This document shows positions 42,635 through 53,268 of a stretch of DNA of 64,000 nt, piece by piece. The notes under the pieces are model-generated. The model was not told where the DNA came from. It was given only the letters and a program-made list of their open reading frames with translations, and searched no databases. The number at the start of each line of letters is the position of its first letter. Within the stretch, counting starts at the first letter, position 1. The stretch is from Nitrospiraceae bacterium (lineage in GTDB: Bacteria; Nitrospirota; Nitrospiria; Nitrospirales; Nitrospiraceae): assembly GCA_050246315.1 (NCBI GenBank), contig JBFWWG010000004.1:257127-321126 (forward strand), written 5' to 3'. A program made the translations under genes and the position numbers.

Positions 42635-43446
42635 CGAAAGGGATTCTGCTTGGAACCGGCATCGTCGGTATCGTGGTGGGAAGTTTGTTCCCCTTCGTCT
42701 GGTTTGTGCTTACGTCGCTCAAATCCCAACGCGAGATCGAGGCGGTTCCGCCCACCTGGTGGCCGGGCGGCGGATGGCACTTTTACCGCTCCGCCTTGAT
42801 CGACCACCAATTGACGGATTACATACTGAACAGCATCGTCGTCGCTGGGTCCACGACCCTGTTGGCGCTGGCCGTCGGCATCCCTGCCGCCTATGCCCTG
42901 GCGCGACTCAGCCTGCCGGGCCGATCGTGGATTATGGGCGGGCTGCTCTGCATCTCGATGTTTCCCCAAATCGCGATCGCCGGTCCCGTGTGGCAGATCC
43001 TGGAACGGATCGGCGGCCTGAATACCCACTGGGGGCTGGTGCTGCCCTACGTCACGCTTACGCTGCCGCTGGCCATCTGGATTCTGGCCAGCTTTTTCAA
43101 GGAACTGCCGACGGAACTCGAAGAGGCCGCGCGCGTGGACGGCTGCGGGGTTTGGAGCGCCTTGCTGCGCATCATGCTGCCGCTCGCGGCACCAGGCATC
43201 TTTACCGCCGCCATTCTGATCTTTGTCTATGCTTGGAACGAATTCTTCTTCGCCTTGCTGATCCTGACGCAACCGGAACAGCAAACCTTGCCCGTCGGCA
43301 TCGCGCTGTTCCAGGGCGAATTCACGATGCCCTGGGGAGAACTAGCCGCCGCCTCCGTGCTGGCGACCTTGCCGCTGGTCCTGCTCGTGATCCTGTTCCA
43401 GCGCTGGATCATCAGCGGGCTCTCGGCGGGAGCCGTGAAGGGATAA
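42631..43446 (+). CDS. Carbohydrate ABC permease (MalG-like)
   Basis: ELEEAARVDG, WNEFFFAL. ATGA overlap with the previous gene. Confidence 0.88.
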   Translation: MTKGILLGTGIVGIVVGSLFPFVWFVLTSLKSQREIEAVPPTWWPGGGWHFYRSALIDHQLTDYILNSIVVAGSTTLLALAVGIPAAYALARLSLPGRSWIMGGLLCISMFPQIAIAGPVWQILERIGGLNTHWGLVLPYVTLTLPLAIWILASFFKELPTELEEAARVDGCGVWSALLRIMLPLAAPGIFTAAILIFVYAWNEFFFALLILTQPEQQTLPVGIALFQGEFTMPWGELAAASVLATLPLVLLVILFQRWIISGLSAGAVKG

Positions 43447-43460
43447 GGGACGATACTGCT

Positions 43461-44561
43461 ATGGCCGATCTGGAGCTACGCAATCTCACGAAACGCTTCG
43501 GCGAACAGACGATCCTCCAAAACATCTCGCTACGCGTGGCAGACGGCAGTTTCACGATCCTGTTGGGGCCGTCCGGCTGCGGAAAGTCGACCGTGCTCCG
43601 GATCATCGCCGGATTAGAACCCCAGACCGACGGGCAAGTCTTCATCGGCAACCGGTTGGTCGATGGGCTTTCTCCCAAGGACCGGGATATCGCGATGGTC
43701 TTTCAACACTATGCCCTCTATCCCCACCTGACGGTGCGGGAGAATCTGTCCTTTGGACTCAAGATGCGAGGCGAGCCGCGCGGCGTGATCGAGCCCCGCA
43801 TCGAGGAGGCCGCGCAGTTGCTGGAAATCCATTCTCTACTGGACCGCAAGCCCAAGGACTTATCCGGAGGCCAACGGCAACGAGTGGCGATGGGCCGGGC
43901 GATCGTCCGCCAGCCGAAACTCTTTCTCTTCGACGAGCCGCTGTCCAATCTCGACGCCAAGCTCCGCAGTTCCATGCGAATCGAGCTCAAGCGGTTGCAC
44001 CAGCGGTTGGGGGCCACGATGATCTACGTCACGCACGACCAGGTCGAAGCCATGACCCTGGGCGATACGATCGTCGTGATGGAAAAAGGCCGCATCCGGC
44101 AGGTCGATCCACCCGGGCGCATCTATACCACGCCCGCCGATCCCTTTGTCGCGGGATTCATCGGCACTCCCCCGATGAACCTCCTGGAAGGCTCGCTACA
44201 ACATCAGGGCTCGCACTGGACCCTTCAGACCGACTCGATGACGATCCCGATTCCACTGGTGAAGGGGCCGACTCCGATCGGACGGATCTCTCGCGTCGTC
44301 TTGGGCATCCGCCCCGAGGACCTGCGACTCGACAAGAGTGGCGAACCGGCCACCGAGATCGAGGCCCAGGTCGAGCTGGTGGAAGACTTGGGCTCCGACC
44401 TCATTCTGCACCTGTCGATCGGCCCTCATCGACTGATCATGCGCGCGCAGCCGGGCCGTTGCCCAGCCGAAGGCACGACGATTCCACTCTATTTGCCCCA
44501 CGACAAACTGCACCTCTTCATCGACGACCGCCGCGCCGACTGGGCCTATGCACGATGTTGA
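43461..44561 (+). CDS. Carbohydrate ABC ATPase (MalK-like)
   Basis: GPSGCGKST, LSGGQRQR, DEPLSNLD, YVTHDQ and TOBE region. Confidence 0.92.
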   Translation: MADLELRNLTKRFGEQTILQNISLRVADGSFTILLGPSGCGKSTVLRIIAGLEPQTDGQVFIGNRLVDGLSPKDRDIAMVFQHYALYPHLTVRENLSFGLKMRGEPRGVIEPRIEEAAQLLEIHSLLDRKPKDLSGGQRQRVAMGRAIVRQPKLFLFDEPLSNLDAKLRSSMRIELKRLHQRLGATMIYVTHDQVEAMTLGDTIVVMEKGRIRQVDPPGRIYTTPADPFVAGFIGTPPMNLLEGSLQHQGSHWTLQTDSMTIPIPLVKGPTPIGRISRVVLGIRPEDLRLDKSGEPATEIEAQVELVEDLGSDLILHLSIGPHRLIMRAQPGRCPAEGTTIPLYLPHDKLHLFIDDRRADWAYARC

Positions 44562-44610
44562 ATGTTGAAAAAGGCCGCCAGCTTTGTTCTCGCATCGCTC
44601 AGAGGCTCAA
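44551..44610. mobile_element. Truncated MITE family B end
   Basis: ATGTTGAAAAAGGCCGCCAGCTTTGTTCTCGCATCGCTCAGAGGCTCAA matches the reverse complement of the right end of 422-622 and stops abruptly. Confidence 0.75.
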
Positions 44611-44618
44611 TGTCGTCC

Positions 44619-44719
44619 GTGAACGGCGGGGGTCACGTGACCGGTGACCGGGGTCAGTGAACGGGGTCAGGGGTCAGTGAACGGGGTCACAGTGAACGGG
44701 GTCACAGTGAATGGGGTCA
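44619..44719. repeat. Irregular tandem array of (GTGAAC)GGGGTCA
   Basis: GGGGTCA at 44629, 44650, 44663, 44670, 44683, 44698, 44713. Confidence 0.9.
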
Positions 44720-45731
44720 GATCTTGACTTTGACATCTGATAACTTCGCGAGCTGCACCGCCCAGCGCCGATCCGCCGCCAACTGCCGCTCCACTGCGCT
44801 CACCCGCCGACTGACGGCACTGTACGTCACACCCATCCGGCGCGCAATCGCAAGTAAGCTCTCCCCCGCCCACCGGCGTAACCCATAGAGCGCCACTTGA
44901 CGCGCTTCGCTCGGCCGCCGTGTCGGCCGCACGAGGTCCGTCACCCGCAGACCATAATGCTGCGCCACCCGCTCCAGTACAGTCTCTGGACGCAACCAGC
45001 ACGGCCGCCGTTGCGCTCGCGGGATTTCGCTTTCGCTGCCTCGGGATGTCCGGTGCCGCTGCACCCGCCGAACGAACGCCTCCCCTCCCAGATAGACCTG
45101 CCCTACGACCTGCTCCCACGGCTGCCCCTGGTGCTGGATCCCCTCGGCTACGAACGCGCGATACTTCGCCTGCGCCGCGCCCCGCCGCAAGCCAAACTGC
45201 TCCAGCACCCAGTCCACTGTCAGCCACGGGGGCGCCGTCATCAGCCCTGCCGTCGCCCGGTAGCTGCTCCAGCGGTACGCCTGCGGAGTGGATACAACCC
45301 GCGCCCGAACGGGATTGAGCACCACATACCGGCACAGTTCCAAAAGATAGGCCTCCTTCTCTACCACGATCGCCTTAAACCGTCCGTGAAACAGGTGCCC
45401 CACCCGGCGATGCCGTTGGTTGAACCTCTGGGTATAGACGCCGTTCAGATGCCGCAGGGCCTGGGAGAGATTCGGAGAGGGGGTTTCCAGCAGGAGGTGG
45501 TAGTGGTTGTCCATCAAGACCCAGGCATGGCACTGCACCCGATAGTGCTCGACCATGGCCGCGAGCGTGTCGACGAAGCGGGCGCGATCCGTGTCATCTC
45601 GCACGATCGCCTTGCGCTCGTTGCCCCGGGCGGTGACATGATAGACGCCACCGGCAAAGGTAAGTCGTAACGGCCGGGCCATGATGCGCTCAGGGTAGAC
45701 CCATCAATTGCATAATTCAAGGCATGACCCC
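44713..45731 (-). mobile_element. IR-bounded HUH/Y1 element 2
   Basis: Ends GGGGTCAGATCTTG (44713-44726) and CAAGGCATGACCCC (45718-45731). Confidence 0.7.
44717..45682 (-). CDS. HUH Y1 transposase-like nuclease (RAYT-like) with DnaA-C-like HTH
   Basis: LMDNHYHLL, RYVVLNPVRA, WSSY. C-terminal ARQVALY...SLLAIARRMGVTYSAVSR. Confidence 0.9.
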   Translation of the reverse strand: MARPLRLTFAGGVYHVTARGNERKAIVRDDTDRARFVDTLAAMVEHYRVQCHAWVLMDNHYHLLLETPSPNLSQALRHLNGVYTQRFNQRHRRVGHLFHGRFKAIVVEKEAYLLELCRYVVLNPVRARVVSTPQAYRWSSYRATAGLMTAPPWLTVDWVLEQFGLRRGAAQAKYRAFVAEGIQHQGQPWEQVVGQVYLGGEAFVRRVQRHRTSRGSESEIPRAQRRPCWLRPETVLERVAQHYGLRVTDLVRPTRRPSEARQVALYGLRRWAGESLLAIARRMGVTYSAVSRRVSAVERQLAADRRWAVQLAKLSDVKVKI

Positions 45732-45818
45732 TGCTACTGTGACCCTGGGAATCGTTCCTCCTCCTTGGCATTGGCTTTCCCCTTCTCGGCATAGTCGGAC
45801 CCTGGGCACACTGAGGCA

Positions 45819-45849
45819 TGAAGCTCCCCCCAGCAAGCTGCGGGGCATC
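45819..45849 (-). mobile_element. Orphan IS200/IS605-like end hairpin
   Basis: Minus strand GATGCCCCGCAGCTTGCTGGGGGGAGCTTCA: a palindrome followed by TTCA. Confidence 0.5.
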
Positions 45850-45954
45850 ACCGAACCAAAAATATTCGGGGTTGTCGGTGCTCTTCGCGGGGTTGCCCTT
45901 GCCGCTGAACGCACTGTTCAACTGCAAAGATCACAAACATCCTGCTAACCTTGC

Positions 45955-45983
45955 TTGCAAACAGCAAAGAGAGTTCGTACAGT
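45955..45983 (+). promoter_or_regulatory. Putative sigma70 promoter
   Basis: TTGCAA-N17-TACAGT upstream of the J-protein gene. Confidence 0.55.
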
Positions 45984-46036
45984 GAGATCGGAATTCGATT
46001 CACGAGCGGGAGATTATCCGCGTTCCCGAACGAGTC

Positions 46037-47020
46037 ATGGCTACGACTCAACGAGATTTCTACGACATCCTGGGCGTTCCGCGCAGCGCGAGCGCCGATG
46101 AGATCAAGAAGGCCTACCGCCGCCTGGCCAGGCAGTACCACCCCGATCTACATACGGGTGCCAAGAAGACCGACATGGAGCGCAAGTTCAAGGAACTCAA
46201 CGAAGCCCATGAGGTGTTGAGCGACCCGGACAAGCGCAAGAAGTACGACCAGTACGGCCATCGGTGGCAGGAAGCCGAGGCCTACGAAAAGGCCCGGCAG
46301 CAGGCCCGCCAATCGGGCGCCGGGGGGATGGGGCAAGACGAAGGATTCGAATATCAATTCGGCGGTGGCGGTGATTTCAGCGATCTCTTCGAATCGTTTT
46401 TCGGCCGGGGCGGGCGTGCCGGGCGACAGGGAGGCCCACGCGGTTCAACGCCAGGACAGGACGCCGAAACCATCGTTCAGCTCTCTCTCCAAGAAGTCCT
46501 CAACGGCACGACGAAGCGTGTCCAGATGATGGAGCAGGGCGCCAACGGACGATTGGAAGCAAAGACGATCGACGTCCGCATTCCGGCCGGTGTGCAGGAC
46601 GGCACCCGAGTCCGGGTGCCGGGAAAAGGCCAGCCCGGATTCAACGGCGGGAAGCGCGGCGATCTCTACCTGCACGTGCACATTCAAGACGACCCCGTCT
46701 TTCGTCGACAGGGCAGCGACATCCACGTGACCCTGCCCGTCTGGCCTTGGGAGGCCGTGCTCGGAGCCGAGGTCACGGCGCCGACGTTGGCCGATCCGGT
46801 CAAGGTCCGTGTGCCGGCCGGGAGCAGAGCCGACAGCAAGCTCCGCCTGAAGGGGAAGGGCCTTCCTACTGCGTCCGGCGGCCATGGCGACCTCTTTTAC
46901 ACCTTGCAAATCGTCGTGTCTTCCTCCCCGCCGGACGACGAGCGAAAACTCTACGAGCAGCTCAACCACCTCCCCCATCTCGACCCCAGAGCGGAACTGA
47001 TCCGCCTCACGCGCCGCTAG
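46037..47020 (+). CDS. DnaJ class B / CbpA-like chaperone
   Basis: J-domain with HPD, G/F region, no Zn fingers, DnaJ_C domain. Confidence 0.92.
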   Translation: MATTQRDFYDILGVPRSASADEIKKAYRRLARQYHPDLHTGAKKTDMERKFKELNEAHEVLSDPDKRKKYDQYGHRWQEAEAYEKARQQARQSGAGGMGQDEGFEYQFGGGGDFSDLFESFFGRGGRAGRQGGPRGSTPGQDAETIVQLSLQEVLNGTTKRVQMMEQGANGRLEAKTIDVRIPAGVQDGTRVRVPGKGQPGFNGGKRGDLYLHVHIQDDPVFRRQGSDIHVTLPVWPWEAVLGAEVTAPTLADPVKVRVPAGSRADSKLRLKGKGLPTASGGHGDLFYTLQIVVSSSPPDDERKLYEQLNHLPHLDPRAELIRLTRR

Positions 47021-47261
47021 GAGCCTGTCCGACATTGCCGTTCGTGACGAGGTAAAGGTTGCACCCATTGCAAGAAGCTGGACAGTGGGTACCCGGTCAG
47101 ATGCACGGCCGCAGGCCACGAAATCCCGGAAACATGTTCGCTGGAATCTGGACCCATTGCAATCCTGGAGCAATGGGTACCCCGGATTATGCGAGGCCGA
47201 GAACGAAGCAGATGCCGATACATCATTCGCCGCAGTCGAACGGTCGATGTCGGACAGGCTC
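47021..47261. mobile_element. MITE family C (241 bp)
   Basis: Perfect 15-bp IR GAGCCTGTCCGACAT / ATGTCGGACAGGCTC starting right after CTAG. The right flank TTCG is an imperfect duplication. Confidence 0.7.
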
Positions 47262-47326
47262 TTCGGCATGACGGCCGCATCGTCCGCGACCTTGCCTCCA
47301 CCTCCCAATCAACCGCAGGTGCTCCG

Positions 47327-47965
47327 ATGGACCTGACGGAGTATGCCCTGTTCTGTTTCGGCACACTCTTCGTCATCGTCGATCCTGTGGCTGCGGTGCC
47401 GGCCTTCATCGCGATGACGGTCAGCCACAGCATTCCTGATCGGGTCCGGACGGCGCGCCTGGCCTGTCTCGTGACAGCAGGGCTTCTTGGTCTGTTCGCG
47501 TTTATCGGCCAGCCGCTGTTCCGCATCCTTGGCGTCAGCCTCCCGGCGCTCCAAATTGCTGGCGGTCTGCTATTGCTCCTGGTCTCCCTGGATATGCTGC
47601 GTGCGCAGCGGTCCCCCGTACAGGAGACGGCCGAGGAAACCGCCGCCGGGGTGGATAAGCATGATGTCGCCATCACCCCGCTGGCGATCCCGATGATGGC
47701 CGGGCCCGCCGCCATTTCCAGCTCGATCCTGCTCGGTTCACAGGCCCAATCATGGCTCCAACAGGCCGTGTTGCTCGCCTGCATCGGCGCGGTCGGATTG
47801 ATCAGCTATGTGATCCTTGTATTGGCCAGCCGGGGCACGCGCTGGCTGAGCCCGATCGCAGAAAAAATTATGACGCGTCTCATGGGCCTCTTGCTCGCAG
47901 CGCTCGCGGTGCAGTTCATCATCAACGCGCTTCACGACATCGGCTTGCCGACGGGACGACCGTGA
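47327..47965 (+). CDS. MarC family membrane protein
   Basis: VIVDP...P.F, IAGGLLL, PLAIPMMAGPAAI, RLMGLLL. Confidence 0.9.
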   Translation: MDLTEYALFCFGTLFVIVDPVAAVPAFIAMTVSHSIPDRVRTARLACLVTAGLLGLFAFIGQPLFRILGVSLPALQIAGGLLLLLVSLDMLRAQRSPVQETAEETAAGVDKHDVAITPLAIPMMAGPAAISSSILLGSQAQSWLQQAVLLACIGAVGLISYVILVLASRGTRWLSPIAEKIMTRLMGLLLAALAVQFIINALHDIGLPTGRP

Positions 47966-48054
47966 CTGCCGACTTTTTCCGGCCCATGATTCTTCCCAAG
48001 GCCGGACCACATGGTATGATGAGTGATCGATCATCACCTACAGAGGAGGGCATC

Positions 48055-48639
48055 ATGTCTCGTTTGATCGTTTCCGGAATGCTGGCAGTGATCATGGCCT
48101 TCGGCTTCTCCCTCACGCCCGTGTTCGCCGATCCGGAAGGAAAAGGCTACGAACATGGGAAGAAGGACGGGTACAGCCGCGAAGGTCATGGCTATGGCGG
48201 CGGCATGGGTGGCCACGGTATGGGCATGATGCACAGCAGCACCGGCCATTTGATCCGCCATCTGCTCAAGCACGAGAAAGAGATCGGCTTGACGGATGAA
48301 CAGGTCACAAAGCTCAAGGCCATGCAACTCGATCTCGACAAACTGCGGATCAAGAGTGAGGCGGATATTCAGGTCGCCGAGCGCGAATTGAAGGCCCTGG
48401 TGGACGATGAGAAATCTGATCTGGGCGCGATCGAGGCCAAACTGAAGCAAAGCGAGGATTTCCAAGTGTCGCTGCGTCTTGCGTCGATCAAAGCCCGCCG
48501 CGACGTGCTCGCCCTGCTGACTCCCGAACAACGGGGGAGGGAGAAAGCCGAACACGATAAGATGATGCAGCAGCATAAGGAGAGGGGCACCGGCCACGGA
48601 GGAGGAAATCCCCACGGCGGCATGAAGAAAGATTCGTGA
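48055..48639 (+). CDS. Spy/CpxP-like periplasmic protein
   Basis: GAGGAGG SD, signal peptide, His/Met/Gly-rich segment, and LTDEQ and LTPEQ motifs. Confidence 0.8.
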   Translation: MSRLIVSGMLAVIMAFGFSLTPVFADPEGKGYEHGKKDGYSREGHGYGGGMGGHGMGMMHSSTGHLIRHLLKHEKEIGLTDEQVTKLKAMQLDLDKLRIKSEADIQVAERELKALVDDEKSDLGAIEAKLKQSEDFQVSLRLASIKARRDVLALLTPEQRGREKAEHDKMMQQHKERGTGHGGGNPHGGMKKDS

Positions 48640-48880
48640 CCGATAATCGTCGGGGCGGCGATTCCGCCGTCCCGGCCCGGTCCGAACACCTCCACAGAGA
48701 ATCTTTTCTCCGTCAAATTCGGTCGCTCATTTGGGACACCGCGCGGCTCACCGCCCCCACCCGCTCCAGCTCTTGACTCAGATTCACCCGCGCGACCGTT
48801 GACCGCCGGTCCATTCCTATGCCAGAGTTCCGCTCTTCAACGCCTATCGGTCTGATTTGGAGAAAAACAAAGGAGTGTCC

Positions 48881-50554
48881 ATGAGCTTGTCCCTGAAGCA
48901 CAAGAGCAGCGATCTTACCGACGGTCCCGACCGCGCCCCCGCACGGGCCATGCTCAAGGCGGTGGGATTTTCCGACGACGACCTGGCCAGGCCGCTCGTG
49001 GGAGTGGCCAACACCTGGATCGAAGTCATGCCTTGCAACTATCACCTGCGACGGCTTTCGGAACGGGTGAAAGCAGGCATTCGCCAAGCGGGTGGCACTC
49101 CCATCGAATACAACACGATCGCGGTCTCCGACGGCATTGCCATGGGCACGGAAGGCATGAAGGCTTCACTGATCAGCCGGGAGGTGATCGCCGATTCGAT
49201 TGAACTGGTCGCCCGGGGTCATCTCTTCGATGCTGTGGTGGCCCTCTCAGGCTGCGACAAGACGATTCCCGGCACCGTGATGGCACTGGCCCGCCTCAAC
49301 GTGCCTTCCCTGATGCTGTACGGCGGATCGATCATGCCCGGCACATTTCAAGGACACAACGTGACCATCCAGGATGTCTTTGAAGCAGTCGGGAAACACG
49401 CAACCGGCAAGATGACCACCGTCGAGCTCAAGGATCTAGAGGACCATGCCTGCCCCGGTCCCGGCGCGTGCGGCGGGCAGTTCACGGCCAATACGATGGC
49501 CATCGCCTTTGAATTTCTCGGCATCTCACCGATGGGACGCAACGGAGTTCCGGCAATGGACGCTCGGAAGGACGACGTGGCGTTCGAATGCGGCCGACTT
49601 GTGATGGATCTCCTCAGGCGCGACCTTCGCCCGCGCAAGATCATCACGCGCAAATCGTTGGAAAACGCCATCGCGGCGGTGGCCACCACCGGCGGGTCTA
49701 CGAACGCCGTGCTGCACCTGTTGGCCATTGCACGTGAAGCCGGCGTGCGGCTGACCATCGACGACTTCGACCGCATGAACCGGAGAGTCCCGTTGCTCGC
49801 AGACCTGAAGCCGGGCGGTCGTTTCACCGCCTTGGATCTCTTCACCGCAGGTGGCACGACGTTGGTGGCGAAGCGTCTCTTGGAGGCTGGGCTACTGCAC
49901 AAGGATCAACCCACGGTGACCGGCCGGACGATCGGCGAGGAGGCGCAAGGGGCGAAGGAAACGACCGGGCAGCAGGTGCTCCGTCCATTAAATAACCCGA
50001 TCAAGCCGTCTGGCGGCCTCGTCATCCTCAAGGGCAATCTGGCTCCGGAAGGCTGCGTGGTCAAGGTCGCCGGACATTCCCTGATGAAATTCAGCGGACC
50101 CGCCAAGGTGTTCGACCGAGAAGAAGATGCGTTCGCGGCGGTGCAAGCCAACCAAATTAAAGCGGGAGAGGTGGTCGTGATCCGCTACGAGGGTCCCTCC
50201 GGCGGACCGGGCATGCGCGAGATGTTGGGCGTAACGGCCGCGATTGTCGGCGCCGGACTCGGTGATAAGGTGGCATTGTTGACCGACGGCCGCTTTTCAG
50301 GAGCCACGCACGGGCTTATGGCGGGACACGTGGCGCCGGAGGCCGTCAAGGGTGGACCGATTGCCGCAGTCAAAAGCGGCGACATGATCGTGTTCGACAT
50401 CAAGGCCAGGACCCTGACGGTCGAGCTGAGCCGGCGTGAAATTGCAGCCCGACTCAAGAAGGTGAAGCCCTTCGTGCCTCGCTACACAACCGGCGTCATG
50501 GGCAAATACGCGCGCCACGTTTCCTCAGCCTCTGAAGGGGCCGTGACGAGCTGA
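48881..50554 (+). CDS. ilvD: Dihydroxy-acid dehydratase
   Basis: PCN, SDGIAMG, CDKT, TANTM, GGSTN, GPGMREM, TDGRFSG. Confidence 0.96.
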   Translation: MSLSLKHKSSDLTDGPDRAPARAMLKAVGFSDDDLARPLVGVANTWIEVMPCNYHLRRLSERVKAGIRQAGGTPIEYNTIAVSDGIAMGTEGMKASLISREVIADSIELVARGHLFDAVVALSGCDKTIPGTVMALARLNVPSLMLYGGSIMPGTFQGHNVTIQDVFEAVGKHATGKMTTVELKDLEDHACPGPGACGGQFTANTMAIAFEFLGISPMGRNGVPAMDARKDDVAFECGRLVMDLLRRDLRPRKIITRKSLENAIAAVATTGGSTNAVLHLLAIAREAGVRLTIDDFDRMNRRVPLLADLKPGGRFTALDLFTAGGTTLVAKRLLEAGLLHKDQPTVTGRTIGEEAQGAKETTGQQVLRPLNNPIKPSGGLVILKGNLAPEGCVVKVAGHSLMKFSGPAKVFDREEDAFAAVQANQIKAGEVVVIRYEGPSGGPGMREMLGVTAAIVGAGLGDKVALLTDGRFSGATHGLMAGHVAPEAVKGGPIAAVKSGDMIVFDIKARTLTVELSRREIAARLKKVKPFVPRYTTGVMGKYARHVSSASEGAVTS

Positions 50555-50690
50555 TCCTACCTGATGGAGTCAGGAGCGACACCTCTCGATGAGAAGGAGC
50601 GCAGATCCGATGTGATGGGCGGAGGAGCGCTGGAAGGAACACCATACGAGCATCCCTCCCTCTGAATGGAGTTAGTTGTCTGGGTCCGGC

Positions 50691-51929
50691 TTACTCTGAT
50701 TCAACGACGCGCTTCTGAGGTGGCTCGGCCGCAACCTTTTCCAGCAGACCCTTCGCTTTGGCCTCGAGCTCCTCTGCCTCATCAGGCCGCTGCTTGCGCT
50801 TCAGCAGCAGGGCATAGTTCTTCAACGCATCCGCATGGGATGCCTGAGACTGCCCCTTGCCGTTTTCGTAGATCCGGATGGCCTGACGGTACAGGTTGTC
50901 GGCTTCAGCCAACCGTCCCTCGTTCTGGTACAGCTTGGCGATCTGCGTGAGGGTCGTCGCCACCTGCGGATGCTTGGGGCCCAGGTTGGCCTCGCGAATT
51001 CCAAGTGCCTGCCGGTGCAGCAGCTCGGCCTTGCCGTTCCGCCCCTGCGTTTCATACAGCTTCGCCAACTGCGTCAGGTTCGAGGCAACAGCCAGATCTT
51101 CCGCTCCCTTATTGCGCTCAACGATCGCCAAGGCCCGTTCGAACACGGATTCTGCGCTCTCAAACTGCCCCTCCCCGACGTAGGCGCGGGCCAGCAAGCT
51201 CAAGGTCGTGGCCACCAGGAGATGGTCCGGACCGAACGCCTTCTCCCTGATCGCCAGCGCCCGTTGGAGAATCGGCTTGGCCATCCCTGATTGTCCCTGC
51301 AGGAGATACGATTCTCCGATCACGTTCAGCAAACTTCCAACCCGAGGATGGTCTTTCCCGAGACTCTGTTCGAGCCCCGGCAATGCCTGTTGGTACAGAG
51401 CCAGCGCCTCCTCGGTCCGTCCCTGCGCCCGGTAGACGTCGCCCAACTGACTCAGCGTGTTGGCGGTCTCCGGGTGGTGCGGTCCCAGTACTTTGTGGCG
51501 GATGGCATAGGCTCGGCGAAGCAATGGTTCCGCCTTGGCGTATTTCTGCTGGGCCTGGTATACCTCCGCTAAATGGGTCAAGCTCGCCACGGTTTCGAGA
51601 TGATCCGGCCCGAGGGCCTGTTCTCGGATCGTCGCGGCCCGCTGACACACAGCCTCCGCCTCCTGATACTGCCCCTGCATGAAATGCCACTCGCAGAATT
51701 TGTCGAGCGTCGCCGCGGTGAAATAGCCGTCGTGCGGCTCCAACTTCTCGGCGTAGCGCTGCGCCTGAAGCAATGATTCGTGGGCCTTCTCATATTGATG
51801 AGCGTTCAGCGCGATGTTCCCTTCTTCCATCGCGTTCCGCCATCGCTGATCCAGCGCGCAGCCGCCGAGGAGCACGCCGATCAGTCCGCCGATGAGAATT
51901 CGGGTCCGCTGGGTCGTTTGGTTATTCAT
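50691..51929 (-). CDS. TPR-repeat lipoprotein (42-aa KLC-type repeats)
   Basis: Lipobox LGGC and repeated RA..IRE..LGP.H...A..L..LA. Confidence 0.85.
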   Translation of the reverse strand: MNNQTTQRTRILIGGLIGVLLGGCALDQRWRNAMEEGNIALNAHQYEKAHESLLQAQRYAEKLEPHDGYFTAATLDKFCEWHFMQGQYQEAEAVCQRAATIREQALGPDHLETVASLTHLAEVYQAQQKYAKAEPLLRRAYAIRHKVLGPHHPETANTLSQLGDVYRAQGRTEEALALYQQALPGLEQSLGKDHPRVGSLLNVIGESYLLQGQSGMAKPILQRALAIREKAFGPDHLLVATTLSLLARAYVGEGQFESAESVFERALAIVERNKGAEDLAVASNLTQLAKLYETQGRNGKAELLHRQALGIREANLGPKHPQVATTLTQIAKLYQNEGRLAEADNLYRQAIRIYENGKGQSQASHADALKNYALLLKRKQRPDEAEELEAKAKGLLEKVAAEPPQKRVVESE

Positions 51930-52073
51930 CTCGCACCACCTTCGTCGGACGAATAGAATCGTTCAGACTTAGCGCATATCCCAGTCGGAAGGCAATATGT
52001 TTTTCGGGGCGCTGGGGATGGCGTCCGCTCCCGTCCTCATCGGACGAGGCGAAATCTAGCCGTTGACGAGGTG

Positions 52074-53252
52074 CTATGCGGCGCGAGAACGGGGCTGTTG
52101 TTCCAGCTCCGAGAGGAGTTGATCGTATACCTGCTCTTGCCGGCGGACCATTTCATGACAGTCGAACTGGATGGGCAACCGGGTTCCTCTGAGCCCCATT
52201 TGCTTGGCATGAGTTGGATGACTGAGCAGCCAGAGGACCCGGCCCGCCAGCCTTGACACATCTCCGGGCTCGACCAGAAAACCGTTTACTCCGTCGCGAA
52301 TGACGTCCGACGCCCCGTCTACCCTCGTACCAACCACGGGGACCCCGCTGGTCATGGCCTCCAAATACACTCGAGGCAATCCTTCCCAGCGAGATGTCAG
52401 CACGAACACGTCTAAACAACGAAGGATGTCCCACACATCCCGCCGCCACCCGGCGAGGAACACATGGCCGTTGAGCCCGGCGCGCTGCACTTCGTCCGTG
52501 ACGGCTTCGCGAAGCTCGCCGTCGCCGACGAGTAGAAATCGGACGTCGGGTCGCTGCTGATGGATCACCGCCGCCATGCGAACAAAATCTACCGGCGCCT
52601 TTTGCGGTTTGAAGGGTGCGACCATGCCGACCAGCGGTCCGGCAGACTCAAGGCCGAGTTCCCGGCGTGCGCGCGTGACATCCACCCGCCGTTTCCTGAT
52701 CGCTTCCAAATCCACCCCCGGAGGCAGCCACATCGCCTGGTCGTCGGTGAAGAGTCCCAGCTCAACCCCTTGCCGAAGATTCATGGACGAGGCCGTAAAG
52801 ACCTTGGTCGTAATGCGCCCGGTCCGCCGCTCGCCCCAGATGAGCAGGCGACGCAGCCAAGGCTGCTGGGCCGGAGTGAACCCGTAGCCATGGACGTAGT
52901 GGAGAATGATGGGCACGCCAGCCAACCGGGCCGCCCATCTTCCCAGAAAACCGGCTTTCGAACTGTGCGTCTGGACGATCGTCGGACGCAACCGGATCAG
53001 GAGTCGCGTCAACTGATACAGCGCAATGGCGTCGGACCAGGGATGGATGGGGCGGACCAGCGCGGGAACCCGATGAAACTCCAAACCGGCAATGGCGCGG
53101 GCCTCCTCGTCCAGGAGGCCCGGCTCGCCCGCGATCAGAATCGGGGCATACTTCGACCGGTTGAGCTGAGCAACGGTAAAGAGCGCGACTTGCTGCGCGC
53201 CTCCGAGTTCGAGCTTGGTGATGATATGGGCGACTCGGATCAGGGAAGACAC
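52074..53252 (-). CDS. Glycosyltransferase family 4
   Basis: GGAQ, THSSKAG, SRWEGLPRVYLEAM. Confidence 0.9.
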   Translation of the reverse strand: MSSLIRVAHIITKLELGGAQQVALFTVAQLNRSKYAPILIAGEPGLLDEEARAIAGLEFHRVPALVRPIHPWSDAIALYQLTRLLIRLRPTIVQTHSSKAGFLGRWAARLAGVPIILHYVHGYGFTPAQQPWLRRLLIWGERRTGRITTKVFTASSMNLRQGVELGLFTDDQAMWLPPGVDLEAIRKRRVDVTRARRELGLESAGPLVGMVAPFKPQKAPVDFVRMAAVIHQQRPDVRFLLVGDGELREAVTDEVQRAGLNGHVFLAGWRRDVWDILRCLDVFVLTSRWEGLPRVYLEAMTSGVPVVGTRVDGASDVIRDGVNGFLVEPGDVSRLAGRVLWLLSHPTHAKQMGLRGTRLPIQFDCHEMVRRQEQVYDQLLSELEQQPRSRAA

Positions 53253-53268
53253 CGTGCCTGCTCGTTAG

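Noticed and set aside
44619..44719. CRISPR array
   Set aside because: Units are 7-21 nt with no unique spacers, and there are no cas genes in the window.
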